Source of the DNA: Octopus sinensis | Taxonomy: Eukaryota | Reading direction: 5' to 3' | Assembly (NCBI RefSeq): GCF_006345805.1 | Contig: NC_042998.1 | Span: 94,488,001-94,552,000 of the forward strand | Length of the DNA: 64,000 bases | Shown here: positions 26,825 to 39,950 of the stretch, in pieces | Layout of the letters: each line of letters opens with the position of its first letter | How positions within the stretch are numbered: the first letter of the stretch is position 1 | Program-made: the position numbers and the translations under genes | The notes under the pieces: generated by a model | Databases searched by the model: none | Seen by the model: only the letters and a program-made list of their open reading frames with translations | What the model was told of the DNA's origin: nothing

Positions 26825-26976
26825 AAGGGCAGTGGGCTGGCAGAAACGTTAGCATGCCGGGCGAAATGCTTAGCGGTATTTCGTCTGCCGCTACGTTCTT
26901 TATATAATTGACTTAATCCGTTTGTCTGTCCTTGTTTCTCCCCTGTGTGTAGCCCCTTGTGGGTAGTAAAGAAATA
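26825..26976 (+). mobile_element. Internally deleted SINE family B copy with a perfect 15-bp TSD
   Basis: TSD agtattgactgacat at 26810-26824 and 26977-26991. The body matches 19621-19833 but lacks the B-box and central domain. Confidence 0.85.
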
Positions 26977-26999
26977 AGTATTGACTGACATCCACTTTT

Positions 27000-27290
27000 C
27001 CTTAGAATTGTAGACCTTGTCTAAATCAGAGATCATTCGCAAATCTCTTCAAGATTTAACATTTTTGGGTCTGTTCTTAGTGTCTACTCCAAGTCTTTCT
27101 TGCTCTACTTCGTTAAGATTCTCTCCCATATTACATGGGTTGCAGCACTTTTTCAGCCAACATGTCACCTGATCATGTTACATATCCACATCAACAAACA
27201 CTTTTCTCTTTTATGTGGGTCAAAAACAGAAATATGCTTGTAAGAGCTCTCTTATTTCACCTTTAATTATTCCTCTGTGCCTTCATTCAA
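27000..27290 (-). mobile_element. Old RTE LINE 3' coding remnant
   Basis: Minus frames give KIRELL (27241-27257) and SRARKTWSRH (27080-27109), in RTE ORF2 order, amid stops and frameshifts. Confidence 0.5.
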
Positions 27291-28280
27291 TACAAGCTGC
27301 TGTCCCAATTCTTTGGAAGCTACTGTTCCTATTCATTTGTGGTTACTTTATATCAATCATAACTTCATATTACTCATTCAATTGAATCTAATCAAATGGT
27401 TGTTGCTTACTTATTGTCTTCCTGTGTCTCTTCCCCACTTTTCTCTACCATACCTTTTAATACATATGCGATATCCTTTTCATTGGAAGTAAATCACATT
27501 ATTATTACTAACTAGAATGCTCATTCATCACACAGCTAGCCTGGATTTGATTTCCAGCTGATACATCATTTACATATTTTGGTCAACCCCCACCAGTATG
27601 GAAATCAGATATATGATGATGATGATGATGATGATCACCACCATCATCATCACCATCATCATTTAATGTCCACTTGTTGACATAGATTTCTATAGCTGAG
27701 TGCCTTTCCTGTCAGAAACCTTCATCTGTTCTCATGGCCAAACATGTTTTTCACAGAAAACTAAAAATGAACAACATGGCTTCTTATGACAGTGATAGTT
27801 ATTTATAAGTATGATATCAAAACAAAGGTTGCAGACAAACACGCATGTGTAAGACAGGTTTCTTTCTGCCTACCAAATCCTCTCACAAGGCTTTGGTCAA
27901 CATAGGCTATAGAAGACTCTTGGTCAAGGTACTGCACAATGGGACTGAACCTGAGACCACATAGAAAGCAATCTTCTTAGCCACACTGCCATAATGATGA
28001 TTTCACTTGAACCAAAACCTAGACATTATACCATTTCTTGTTTAGTCTTGGCCCTGACAAATTTCTGACCTTGGCAGGTATTTCTCATGTACATCACTGG
28101 TCATTTAATCAGAACTCTGTGGATGTGCAAATGATAGAACTAACCAATGGATAAAACAAGTGATGTTATCTTATTCGGATGTGGACAGACAAACATTTCT
28201 TGTAAGAAGTGGAGGAAAAATTAAATTTATGGTGAGGATGCAGTTAAAGAGCTAAAGTTATTCTCATAGCTCAAGAATGG

Positions 28281-28356
<76 letters not shown>

Positions 28357-28385
28357 TACATATATAAACATACATATATATATAC

Positions 28386-28420
<35 letters not shown>

Positions 28421-28572
28421 CATATATATACATATACATACATATATATATACATACATATACATACATACACATATATATACATACATACATATATATA
28501 TATTCATATACATACATACATATATATACATATACATACATACATATATATACATATATATATATATATATA
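28281..28572. repeat. ~290-bp compound (TA)/(TACA) microsatellite
   Basis: Seen directly. Source of ORFs 28227-28706. Confidence 0.97.
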
Positions 28573-29303
28573 ACTGTAGCTATAGCCATAAGTAGGAAGA
28601 TTTCACTAACCATAAACATTAAACATAACCATTTCAGAAGAGCATTACAGTTTGATATTGCTTCTATGAAATTAGATGCTATATACTGAAAATGGATTGA
28701 AATCATAGTTATGTTAGAGTGAGTAGCTATACTTAGAATTGTTTTATGCGTTCAATTTTATATTTATTTTAAAACAAATCATGAAAGCAAAATCTTGAAG
28801 GCCTCTTATCTGCTTTAGCTTGATTGGAATGGTTGATAAAGGAAGAGATAGGTGCCTAATTTATCTTAATTAGTGAAGGAAAGCAGATTATCATTTTGGA
28901 TTTTTATTAAAGGTTTTAAATAATAATTTAGGAGTTTTAAGTTATTCTCTTTATTAAAAAAAAAAAGTGGGGACAGAAAAATATTATGGTAGGTGCCTTC
29001 TGTGCTTCACACTAAAAGATTTTGGTCTATTTATGGTTGTTTGATATGAAGTCAGTTTTTGCTTGATTCCTTTTTTCTTTTTTCCTTTTTTTTAAATCAT
29101 GTCTATTTAAAATGTCAGTGGGTGGTGCATTCTGTGGGATAAGAATTTGTGGGTCAAAACAAAAATTTGTTTGCTTGAGCTGCTGTTTTATTATTTCATT
29201 AATTATTATGAATAAAATCTGCACATGCTAAACACTTGACAATAACAGCTGGTTGTTCAGGACAACAAACCAACAGATCTCTATCGTTTTTTCCTGACAT
29301 TAC

Positions 29304-29438
29304 CCGTTCATAATAATGAGAGAGTTGGCAACCAAGCAGCTGACACTGATCAAAACCATCCACCATATATAAGTGTACATAAGTATATAAATATGTTTGG
29401 ATTGCATCCATAAATGACTTTTCTCCTTTAAACCATCT
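29304..29438 (-). CDS. Candidate 135-nt internal exon, product unknown
   Basis: Acceptor ttttaagtatttcacag, donor CGG|gtaatg, phase 0-0. Open frame RWFKGEKSFMDAIQTYLYTYVHLYMVDGFDQCQLLGCQLSHYYER. No homology recognised. Confidence 0.2.
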
Positions 29439-29552
29439 CTGTGAAATACTTAAAAGAATTCATCTGCAACATTGTAGTGAAATGCTGAACATAATACATC
29501 CACGTTAGAGGCACTATGAAAGCAATAGATGTATTTTTATTGTTCTGTACAG

Positions 29553-29620
29553 GAAGTAACCTATCAGAGCTACCCTGGTGATGTAGGGTTGCAGCTGACT
29601 TGCAAACTACGAATGCTGCG
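29553..29620 (+). CDS. Candidate 68-nt exon, product unknown
   Basis: Acceptor tatttttattgttctgtacag, donor GCG|gtatgg. The only open frame is EVTYQSYPGDVGLQLTCKLRML(R). Confidence 0.2.
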
Positions 29621-30696
29621 GTATGGAAGTACAAAACATGAACCACCTGCTCTTGTGGTTACTGCTGTCATAACCTAGCAGCATTTATGATCTTGCAGTA
29701 GATGGGGAATCTGATAGACATGTAGAAAATATTTGTGTGGATGGGTGGGTGGGTTTGGTGGGGGGGGGGTACGTGAAATGCAATTCAGATTTTTACAGAA
29801 ATGGGACCTTTTTCTTTAGTCTAAGTTTCAACTGAATTATGTCTTCTATCAAACCATCCTTTTGATTTAATTGAAATCTATTCATTTGTCGATAAACTGA
29901 CCTGTTTAAATCAATTAATTCAGGTGCCATAATTTTTGCTTTTCAAGAAAATGTTTGAAAACAAAAACAATAAGTACAAAAATATATTAAAAAAACATTC
30001 AATTACTATTTGAAGTTAGTGTTACTATGAAAATGCAATATTGCTGTCAGATAATAACTGTAGTTAATTAATTACAAGCTGAACGAATGCTGATAACTTG
30101 TTGATACTGGAAAAGTTTTTAAAATTACTGAATCAGTTTTTAATATTTAAATTATTTTTTTTTTATTCTTACTCTCTTACCTGCTCACCCCTGAAATTTA
30201 TGTTATTGAAACTGACCTCTTTTTTTTTTTTGTTGTGATTACAGGCAGTACCATTCTGGCATTTAGGTCAACATTTTTTTGCCACAATTTTCTTCATACT
30301 GCTGATTTTCACCCTAACCCTGAAAGAAAAACAACAATAAAAAACAAGAAGGAAAGAAAAACCCTTGTTGTTTACAAACTGTAATTTCTGTGAAAGCTTG
30401 AGATAAAAAAAAAACAACATTATGTGAAGGAATATTTTCTCTAAATGTGTAAACTAGCTATTATTTTAAGCACTTTGTGTTACACACCTAGTCATTTTAA
30501 GAACAAAAATTCTTTTATGTAATTTACTAGACTCATGGCCTGGTTTTGCAGAGGAGGGGTTGTATTTGGGTGAACAGATGTCAGTTTATTACTGCTACCT
30601 AGTTTACAGAGCCTTGTTAGATTTTGAACTTAGATCATAATGAGATCAGACTAAAAACTAACATTACGTTTTTTTGCCAAATGTCACATTCGTTAA

Positions 30697-30915
30697 TCCT
30701 TTTGTTACCAACCTGCCTCAGACCACCCCCTGGTTCTAGAATACAAACACATTTTTTTAAGTGATCTAAATTCAAATCTTCCCTCAAAATTTCATGTTTA
30801 TTTAAGTTCCAAGCACCAGCTTAATAATGATAAAATTAATTTATAAAATTCTTAACTATTTCAAAGATTAATTGAAGCAAAGGTATATTTCAGCAGAATT
30901 ATGATAATGAAAGGG
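30697..30915. mobile_element. piggyBac-type MITE, second family
   Basis: TTAA at 30693-30696 and 30916-30919. Ends 'tccttttgttacc' and 'aatgaaaggg'. Related copies near 7975-8130, 10690-10850, 12870-13122, 25150-25322, 39415-39630 and 40330-40535. Confidence 0.65.
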
Positions 30916-33900
30916 TTAAAAAAGAATTTCTTACATAGGCTCTAGAACCTAGAATTATAAAAGAAGTGAGGCTGTTGAGCTGTGATATTTCTATTATAGT
31001 GAACTGAAATTGTTTCAAATAAGATTTAAATTCAGTTTGTAAAACTCGGCTCACTAGAAACTTGTCACTGCTCTAAAACAAAATAAAACCGTACAGATAC
31101 TGTTCATAATAAATAAAAAGGAGAAAAAGAAAGAATTTTACATTTTTGTTACTATACCTGACCAGAAGTTGGCAGGTCTCTGGGGATACACACAGGTAGT
31201 GTTGAGGGGTTCAAATCTGTGTTCAAAAAGGGCTGCTATATAATTACTTGGTTACATGTAATTATTCACTTCCTATCATATTTTACTCCTCTGTGTTCCT
31301 CACCTCCTAGCATAAAGTTGCTCCCCACAGAGTTTGTAGCCTTGTAAACAGCATGGTGACCCCACTGATGCTGTTTGCATGAAAAAAGCATCCAGTATAT
31401 GCTATAAAAAAAAAGAAATTATTGTTAATTAATGAAAGCAGCTTATTGAGTAGGCAGATTTTTCAAAAGCCTGTGTTCCATAGGAAAATTAAATTAATTT
31501 AAAAGGGTTTCTTTGGATGTGGGGAAGTTGGTAACCTTTACTCTCAAGTTAAACATTTAGCAAACAAAAGATAATGGAAGTAACAGTATATATGGGTCCT
31601 TGCAATATATCTATTGAAGATAATTAACTATATTGTTCCTTAGAGTATGTCAGGTTTTCATTGGGGATAAATCTATTAATATAGTGCTTGTAATCCAATA
31701 CATGAAGGATATATAAACTGCTGTTAACTCAGGGCTCATTTAAATAGTGATGTTAAGCTGCAATCAACCCCAGTTGAGCAGAATGACCAAATGTGTTTTG
31801 GTTATCACATCTTTTTTTAAAAGTTGTTTAAGATGACTCTGTTCTTTTATTTTTAAGATGGTGTGGTATAATTTGAAGGACATTCAGCTGCTCTTTCTTG
31901 TAGTTTGAGTTTGCATAGATGCTCCCCTTTCTCGTTTAATGAATAACTAAACACAAAAGTAGAACAGTTTCTTGTATAAGAATTTAAAACCAGCTGTTGC
32001 TAATTTTCCATATATCTTAAGTGGTTTACGCTTTCATGAACACATTTCTATCAATAATCCTTTCATATGTTTCAATTAAATTTGAAAAATGATCAAAAAC
32101 TTTGGAAGGATTTAGTTTGACAACTTTTGTCATTATAAAGACAATGTTTGAAACAACTTGAATAAATATGTTCTTATGTAAAGGTTTTAATTTGAATGTG
32201 AATATTTGAAAACAAAGCAATTTTTATTCACAGAAAAAGAAGCTCTGAGGCAGGCAAGTGTTAAGAGTTAATTGTTTACTTCTTAAACCGGCCATATCTG
32301 GCCCAAATATTCTATCTGTTTTATGTATAAACTAGCCAGATCTGGCTTCTTGCACCTGTCTAACAATGTTATTGTAGGAAATCTCAAAGTTACCAGATAA
32401 TGAATGATTAATTTCAAACAATGTGAATAAAGCATTACATTTTGGCAGAGTAATGTTGAATGCTAAAGGGTTAAAGGAATTTCTCTTCTGGAATAAAATA
32501 ATTTCAAACACCTGAGAAAATATTTTTGTTTTAAGTCCTCACACAGAAAGCACTATTCTTCTTTACTCAACTACTTGCTTCTTCAGAAAGTTTGTATTAA
32601 AAATAATGACGCATGACTGAAAAATATTTTAAAAAATCAATATTATCATTTTAATATCCACTTTTCTATAATTGCAACTGGTTGCACAAGATTTATTGAG
32701 GCAGATTTGCTGTGCCTGGATGCCCTTCCTGTTTCCAAGCAAAGTAATATTCACTTTTGACTAGATATGTTTCTGTAAAATATTGGAAATAAATGGCAAA
32801 GTGACACACAACTTGCACACAAACAAGGCAGGCTTCTTTCAGTTTTTGTCTATCAAATCTACTCACAAGGCTTTGGTTGACCCTTAGGCTATGCAGTGGT
32901 TCTGAACTGAAATCATGTGGTTGGGAAGCAAGTTTCTTAGCTACACAGTTAGTCACACTTGTGCCTATAAACGTTTGAAAAATTTACACTAAAAGCTTTA
33001 TTTCCATCTTATCATTAAACTTATCTCCTTACATACATGTGTGACTGGGCCTCAGCTTACGATGAAGTTGTAGGGCTGCTATTGTAACATCCTGGGTGCT
33101 AGTTTTTCTCCACCTATCATACTTGTGCCACTGCTAAGGTCTCCTCTAACAGTCTACTTGTTCATTCCTCAACATTAATCCATCTCTCCTTTACTCTCAC
33201 TGCCTTTCTTTCTTTCTCCCATATATACAGTTCGTTGAAGAATGGTCATTACACAGTCACTGGGTGTTGCTGCATTAACCTTATTGTTTCGGCTTCCTTT
33301 TCGTCATCATTGTCAGGTTTCCAAAATGAGGTGGCAGTGCTGGGTGATGCCAGGTGGTTTTTGTGAACCTGCTGATTTGTAATGTGGTCCAAATACAAAA
33401 TGATGTAATAATATTTTATTTCCATTTTCTGTCTTTTTCTAGCTCTGCAGGGAGAATCTCATACCTATGATAATTTCAATGTATCATCTATTATTAGTTG
33501 TTTGTTTTTTAGTTACAAACTCAATGTCATAAAATATATATTTCATTTTCATTTTAGTAGAAAATCTAATAAATATACCTTAATCTGATTTTTTTTATGA
33601 CAGCATCTGGACCAGACACCCTCTTGCTCCACTCTACCTTTCCTACTGCTACTATCATGGCCTCTGCTCCTCAAATCTGGCTGGCCCCATGCCACCCTCA
33701 CTCAAGCATTTTTGATCCACTTGTCTCTCCCTTTCTCTCATTCTCTGGTCTTACTCTAATCACAATACCCAGGCCTTCCCTCTCAGAAATCTAGTCCCTG
33801 ATTGTATCTTACCTGCAGATATTGACTTTAGAAAGGTTCATGGGGCACATGAATAGCATTGTCTAGGAGGGCCTATGAAAGCTATGGATACTGCTTCTTT

Positions 33901-35967
33901 CTTCAGACCCAGGAAGAAAAAAAAAAAAAAGGCCATGATGAAACATACTACAAATATTGGAATAGCAATCTAAATGAGAGAACATTAAAAATGAAAGAGT
34001 AGCTGACCAGTTTAAAACCTTCTTTTATCCTTTTTCATATCAACTGACCTGGGAGCATTTCTGGTTTTCTGATAGAAAATATGACAAACTTAAACCTCTC
34101 ATAATTTTAGTTAAATCATGTTTTAAACATCATTTTAATAATAAAGTTATTTTAATTTTAATCCTTGTAAATTGTGTGTGTGTGTGTATTGAAGTACATG
34201 GGAAGTATATTTGATTAGAAATGGTCACATTTAAGTAAAACAGGAGCTAAAAGCTACTCTCCATTTTGGTGTCAAATTCTTTGTCCCTTCTTTTGGGACC
34301 GATCTGGACAATCCTTTGGTATAGGAATATAATTTGACTATTGCTTCTTATCTGTATAGCTAATTACACCACCTGTTTGATCATGAGTTTTCCATCTGGT
34401 AATTTCTAAATGCTAATTAACAATAACTGACCTGAGCAGATAGAATAGTAGGCCTTGCCCAAGGACAATATAAATGTGTCAGGCCAGAATGTTAAGTTTT
34501 AGCACTCATTGTCCCACACTTCTAATTGTCCAGATGTTAATAACTTAGGCATTTGTTAGTTAATCAGAAGTAATCCCAGATATTAGAAATACGTTTTTAA
34601 TCATATATATATATGTATATATATTTGTTTTTAAATATTATTTCTTAATGTACCGATTATATTTTCTCACGGCAAAAAAAAAAAAAAAAAAAAAAAGAAA
34701 TTATACCCTTGTGTTCATTTAATGATCTGTAGGGATCAGCGTTTGTGTGTGTGTGTGTGTGGTGTGTGTGTGTGTGCACGCAGAGGCACTAGTTAATGTC
34801 TATATTCCTTTCTATATTGGATATTTTTTTTCCCAAATAGATAAATCAAATATTGAATTTTGTTAAACAACTCTTGAAAATGAAGTTGACAATGCTTCTT
34901 TTTAATGACCTCATTAAGAAAGTTATCTCCCTTGCACCACCATGGCTGACTTGAAACAATTGCTGTTTGATATGTTAATAATCAATGGTGTTAAGTAGAA
35001 AGATGGGAGAACAGCAGTTTGAGCTTTTCATATCTATTGACTGAATTTCAACGCTTACTTTTGTTCTTTTTGTTTTTTGTTTTTCCATTTCGTTATGATT
35101 TTACCAGACTTTGTCATATATTCATGTTCTATTTTATTTTAGTTTTCCTGGTTCCCTTTTACTACCTAATCACGTTCATTAATGACAATATTTTTTTTTA
35201 TTGCGGGTTAAATCTTTTTTTTAATAATTACATTATTAATTTATTATCCCTAATATTTACAAATATTGGGCATTATTTGTGGTAGAAGAATATTCTAGTT
35301 GTTTAACTCTATTATATATATATATATATATCTGTGTGTGTGTGTGTGTCTGTGGTTCTGCACAGGTTTTGGCACATTTTTTATTTTTACATGCATCTTT
35401 TCTACTGCTTATTTTTAAAATTACAATCAGATTCTTTATGTATCAATACTTACACATTCTTTTGCTTATTTCAGACTGTGGCCATGCTGGGGCATTGCCT
35501 TGGAAGGTTTAGTAAAAAAAAATCAACTCCAGCACTTATTTTTTTTAAAGTTTGGCATTCGTTCTATTAGTCTCTTTTGTCAAACCACTAAGTTATAAGT
35601 ATTTCCCTTTTTACCTTTGCTATTGTATTTTAAATAATTCTCCCATTGATTATAACTTGACCTTAAGGTTAATGGTGTGTCATACCCCAATCCGCAATCC
35701 CCAACTTAGTTATTTCTGTGTTACAGATTAATTACTAGACATTCACCCCCAGTCTGCCAAAGTTGTCTACGCATCTGTTTTTGTTTTTTTCCTGTAAGGA
35801 AGACTGGCAGTTGCCCGTATGTGGAAGCGTCTCTTCTCCATGCTGCTAACATGGACTGAGACACTTGGCTCTAGTGTCATTGTAGGTTTTATTATCAGAA
35901 CTCAAAAGCCAGAATGGGTACCATAGGTCATATTGCCCAACTTTCTAATAGTTCTTACAATCTGATG

Positions 35968-36248
35968 CAGTGGTTCCCCAAGTGGGCAGTATTGCCCCTC
36001 CCTCTGAGGGTGAGGGTGTTAAGTTCCAAGGGGGGTGTTGAGGAAAAGTGGGGCGATAATGGGGGAGTGATTCATGTGAAAACAACAAAATAATGTATTC
36101 ATTAGGTTAAGTTTTATTTGTGAATTACAGTTGCTTTGAATTTGCTTCAGAAAGCGGTCTGTTTGTGATGGTTAGATGGGGTGGGGGCACTAGGAATGTG
36201 GCCCAGGTGTCAAGGGGGTGGCAGCCCGTAAAAGTTTGGGAACCACCA
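35968..36248. mobile_element. hAT (Charlie-like) MITE with 8-bp TSD
   Basis: TIRs cagtggttcccca / ttgggaaccacca. TSD atctgatg (35960-35967) vs atctaatg (36249-36256), 7/8 match. Confidence 0.8.
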
Positions 36249-36732
36249 ATCTAATGCATTTGATTGACAGTACTGCTAAATGATAGGCTAAGTTGACCAT
36301 GGCAAGATTTGAACTCAGATCACATAGTCTGAACAAATACTATAAAACAACCTGTCCAATGTCCTTACAACTCTGCCACTTTGCTGCCTTTATTACTTAT
36401 TATTGGGATATTAAGATGGCAAGCTGGCAGAACTGTTAGGAATTTGAACAACAAAAAAAAATGTTTAGCAGCATTTCTTCTGATTCCTTATGTCCTATGT
36501 TTAAATCCTGCCAAGGCTGACTTTGCCTTTCATCCTTTCAGGGGCCGAGCACTGATGTTCATGTAATCAACTAAACCCCTTCTCTCAAAATTACTGGCAT
36601 CATGCCTAAATCTGAAATCATTATTGGAATGTAACAATGCCTTGAAAACTACTGTTGTTAATGTATTTGTTAAATATGTGAGGACGGAGATCATACAAAA
36701 ATTCTTTACTCAGTTTCCATTCTATGCTACAT

Positions 36733-37125
36733 ACTTTTATTTGTTTTAGTCATTTGACTGTAGCAATGCTGGAGCACTGCCTTTAGTCGAACAAATAAAC
36801 CCCAGGACTTATTGTTTGTAAGCCTAGTATTTATTCTATAAATCTCTTTTGCTGAACTGCTGAGTCACGGGGATGTGACCACACTAACATTGGTTGTCAA
36901 GTGATGGTGGTGGTGGTGGTGGGGGACAAGCACACACACACACACACATGCATATACTTATATATATGACAGGCTTCTTTCAGTTTGTCTACCAAATCCA
37001 CTTGCAAGACTGGTCGGCCCGAGGCTATAATAGAAGACATTCACCCAAGGAACCATGCAATAGGAGTGAACCCGGAACCATGTGGTTGGGAAGCAAGCTA
37101 CTTACCACACAGCCACTCCTGCGTC
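36733..37125 (-). mobile_element. SINE family A, near full length
   Basis: Reverse complement of the 4167-4623 type. Head ends at 'cagccactcctgcgtct'. Confidence 0.85.
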
Positions 37126-37988
37126 TATTGTTCATTGATCTGCCATTGGATGGTTTCAGTAGCATAATCAGTTTCTCTTATGTGGAAAAATCTTATTCAT
37201 AGCACAATGTAGTCTGTCTGGAAAAAGAATGGGAGAAAGAGAAAGAATGTCTATCAAACTTAGTACTTCCAAAGTCTCAGAAGAAAGGAAGGTAAATTCA
37301 CTTTTGGTTGGAGCAGAGGTAAAGAATATGTACACCACCCATTTTTGGCATAATAAAATCCCTAAACCCAACCCTAACCCTCACCACCAGCTGTACGTAT
37401 TCTTTACTTTCACCTTTGGTTGGATTTGAACTTAAAGAGCATTTTGAGTAAGCTGGAACAAATATTGTTCCAGCTTACAAATTTTGGCACAAAGCCAGCA
37501 ATTTTAAGGGAAACTGGGTCAGTTGATTACATCAATTCCAGTCTTCAACTGATATCTGTTTTATCACCCCAGAAATATGAAAGGTAAAGTTGACCTCAGT
37601 GGAATTTGAACCCAGAACATAAAGAGCTGAAAGAAATGCCACTAAGCTAGAACAAATATTATAAAGCATTTTATCCAGTGCTTTAATGATTCTACCGACG
37701 CAGCACACCATTGATACAAAATTGCTATTGCTATAATAACTAATAACTAAAGCTACCACTATCTTTGCAATCTGGTTCTTCTTTTTTTTCTTTTTTTTTT
37801 TTCTCCTCCTTTGGTTATTCTGGTGAGCTGTGGTTTTGATTACTTCTTTGAAGCCAGTTCGCTTCACTTGTGTCATTTATGCTTTAATGAAGGCCAAAAA
37901 ACATCACATTTTCCCACATTTTCCTATTTCCCTTCTCCATTATTGCTCTAAATCAATATAACCGTAGGTTCGATTACCCCCTCCTCTC

Positions 37989-38035
<47 letters not shown>

Positions 38036-38174
38036 CTAACTTGATTCTGAATTAGCGAGTAGGTCCATGGTGAGTCTCAAAGTTTGATTTTTCTATATCT
38101 CTCAGACAAAACTAAATGCCTGCTAGGTGTTCTGGAATACCTAGCTGACTCTAATATATATTCTCCAATATATA

Positions 38175-38575
38175 TTCTTTTCTGCTCTAGGCACAAGGCC
38201 CGAAATTTTTTTGGGGGGGGGGGGCAGTCGATTAGATCGACTCCTGTATGCAACTGGTACTTAATTTATCGACCCCGATAGGATGAAAGGCAAAGTCGAC
38301 CTCTGGAATTTGAATTCAGAATGTAGAGACAGACGAAATACCTATTTCTTTACTGCCCACAAGGGGCTACACATAGAGGGGACAAACAAGGGCAGACAAA
38401 TGGATTAAGTCGATTATATTGAAACCAGTGCATAACTGGTACTTATTTAATTGGCCCCGAAAGGATGAAAGGCAAAGTCGACCTCGGCGGAATTTGAACT
38501 AAGAACGTAGCAGCAGACGAAATACCGCTAAGCATTTCACCCGGTGTGCTAACGTTTCTGCCAGCTTGCCACCTT
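38175..38575 (-). mobile_element. Head-to-tail dimer of SINE family B with two different 3' tails
   Basis: Unit 1, 38342-38575, has the 'ccccttgtgggcagtaaagaaatag' tail. Unit 2, 38175-38341, starts mid-head and ends with the 'ggccttgtgcctag' tail. Confidence 0.8.
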
Positions 38576-39194
38576 GGACCAATATATATTCAAGGTGGAA
38601 ATGCTCTGTGTGTATTCTTTTACCTTTTGTTTCGGTCATTGAACTGTGGTCATGCTGGGGCACCACTCAGAAGGGTTTAGTTGAACAAATCAACCTTAGT
38701 ACTTACTATAAAATCTGGTACTTACTCTATCAGTCTCTTCTGCCAAACTGCTAAGTTATGCAGTTGTAAACAAATCGACACTGGTTGTCAAGTGACCGGA
38801 GGAATAAACATGCGTACATGCGCGCATACTCATACATCCTGTTGGCCTCTACATAGTTTCACTCAATCTAATTCACCCACAATGCATTGGTCAGTCTGGA
38901 GCTTCAATAGAAAACACTTGTCCAAGGAGTTACGGAGTTGGACTGAACTCAGAACCATGTGGTTGCAAAGCAGTCGCTAACATAACAAGGATATATGCCA
39001 ACCGAATAAGTTGTTGTATTGTTTTAGTTGCAAGTCACCTCTGATGAAACAGACATATATTCATTGACATTTTAACCATGATTGCTGGCATTTTTAAGTT
39101 AGTAGGGTGGGATTTGAAGGAGGAGTGATTATTATCTTTAACCAGTCAAGCAACCTTGGAGTGACAAGCTTGTTGGTTCAAACTGTACAGGTTG

Positions 39195-39410
39195 CTTGAA
39201 GGAGTGCTGATGGTTAGGATGTTGCTCTCGTGATCATAAGAGCATGATTTTGATTCCAGGGTCAAACAGTGCATTGCGTTCTTGGACGAAGCATTTCATA
39301 TAATGTTGCTCCAGTCCACTCAGCTGCAAATGAGTTGCAGCAATGACTGGGAAGTTAACCCTGTGATGGACTGGCTTTCAGTTCAGTGGGCAGTGATATC
39401 ATCTCTTCAG
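39195..39410 (+). mobile_element. Older tRNA-SINE of a third family (CORE/V-like centre)
   Basis: Degenerate tRNA-like head, centre 'gttcttggacgaagc...tgctccagtccactcagctgcaaatgagt', tail 'cctgtgatggactggc'. Confidence 0.5.
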
Positions 39411-39950
39411 ATTAACCCTTTTGATACCAGCCAAACCTGAAACTACCCTTGCTTCTATGATACAAACTTTTTGTTTTAAAGTGATTTAAATTAAAAACTT
39501 ACATCAAAATTTCATGTCAATGATCCAAACAGTAGCTTCATCATAACAAAGTTATTTTTACTAAACGCTTCATTATTTTCAAAATAAATTGATACAAATC
39601 AGTATATTTCAATAGAATTATGGCAACAAAAGTTCCAGCTTTACGAGTCCTATGATCCCTGGCAGACCCTAAGAAGAACTGAACAAAATTTTCATTGAAA
39701 CCTTTGATTCTTCTTTTTTAACTTCATTTTCCTTCATCATCTTCACATGTGTGATTCTATGGTTACTAGGTTTGCTTCACAACCACATGGTTTCCAGTTT
39801 GATTCCATGGCAAGACACTTTGGGTTTCTTCTGTTGTTGCTGCAGATTGGCTAAAGTGTTGTGAGTAAAATTTGGTAAACAAAAGTTGTGGAAGCTTGTT
39901 GGACAAACCTTCCTTGTATTTAGGTGGTAGACTTGACCTTTTTGTTATAG

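Noticed and set aside
28227-28706. Y/I/M/C/V-rich ORFs (also 21508-21831 and 4193-4494)
   Set aside because: Dinucleotide and tetranucleotide repeats lack stops in several frames; not genes.
29260-29460. Tc1/mariner-like QDN...DFSPL anchors
   Set aside because: Spacing far exceeds DD34E-DD41D families, needs a frameshift, and no TIRs were found.
34935-34998. CCACCATGG Kozak context opening MADLKQLLFDMLIINGVK*
   Set aside because: Vertebrate-style Kozak is weak evidence in a mollusc; 18-codon ORF with no good donor.
37360-37383. Interstitial telomere-like (CCCTAA)n
   Set aside because: Only about 4 degenerate units; such motifs are common in repeat remnants.
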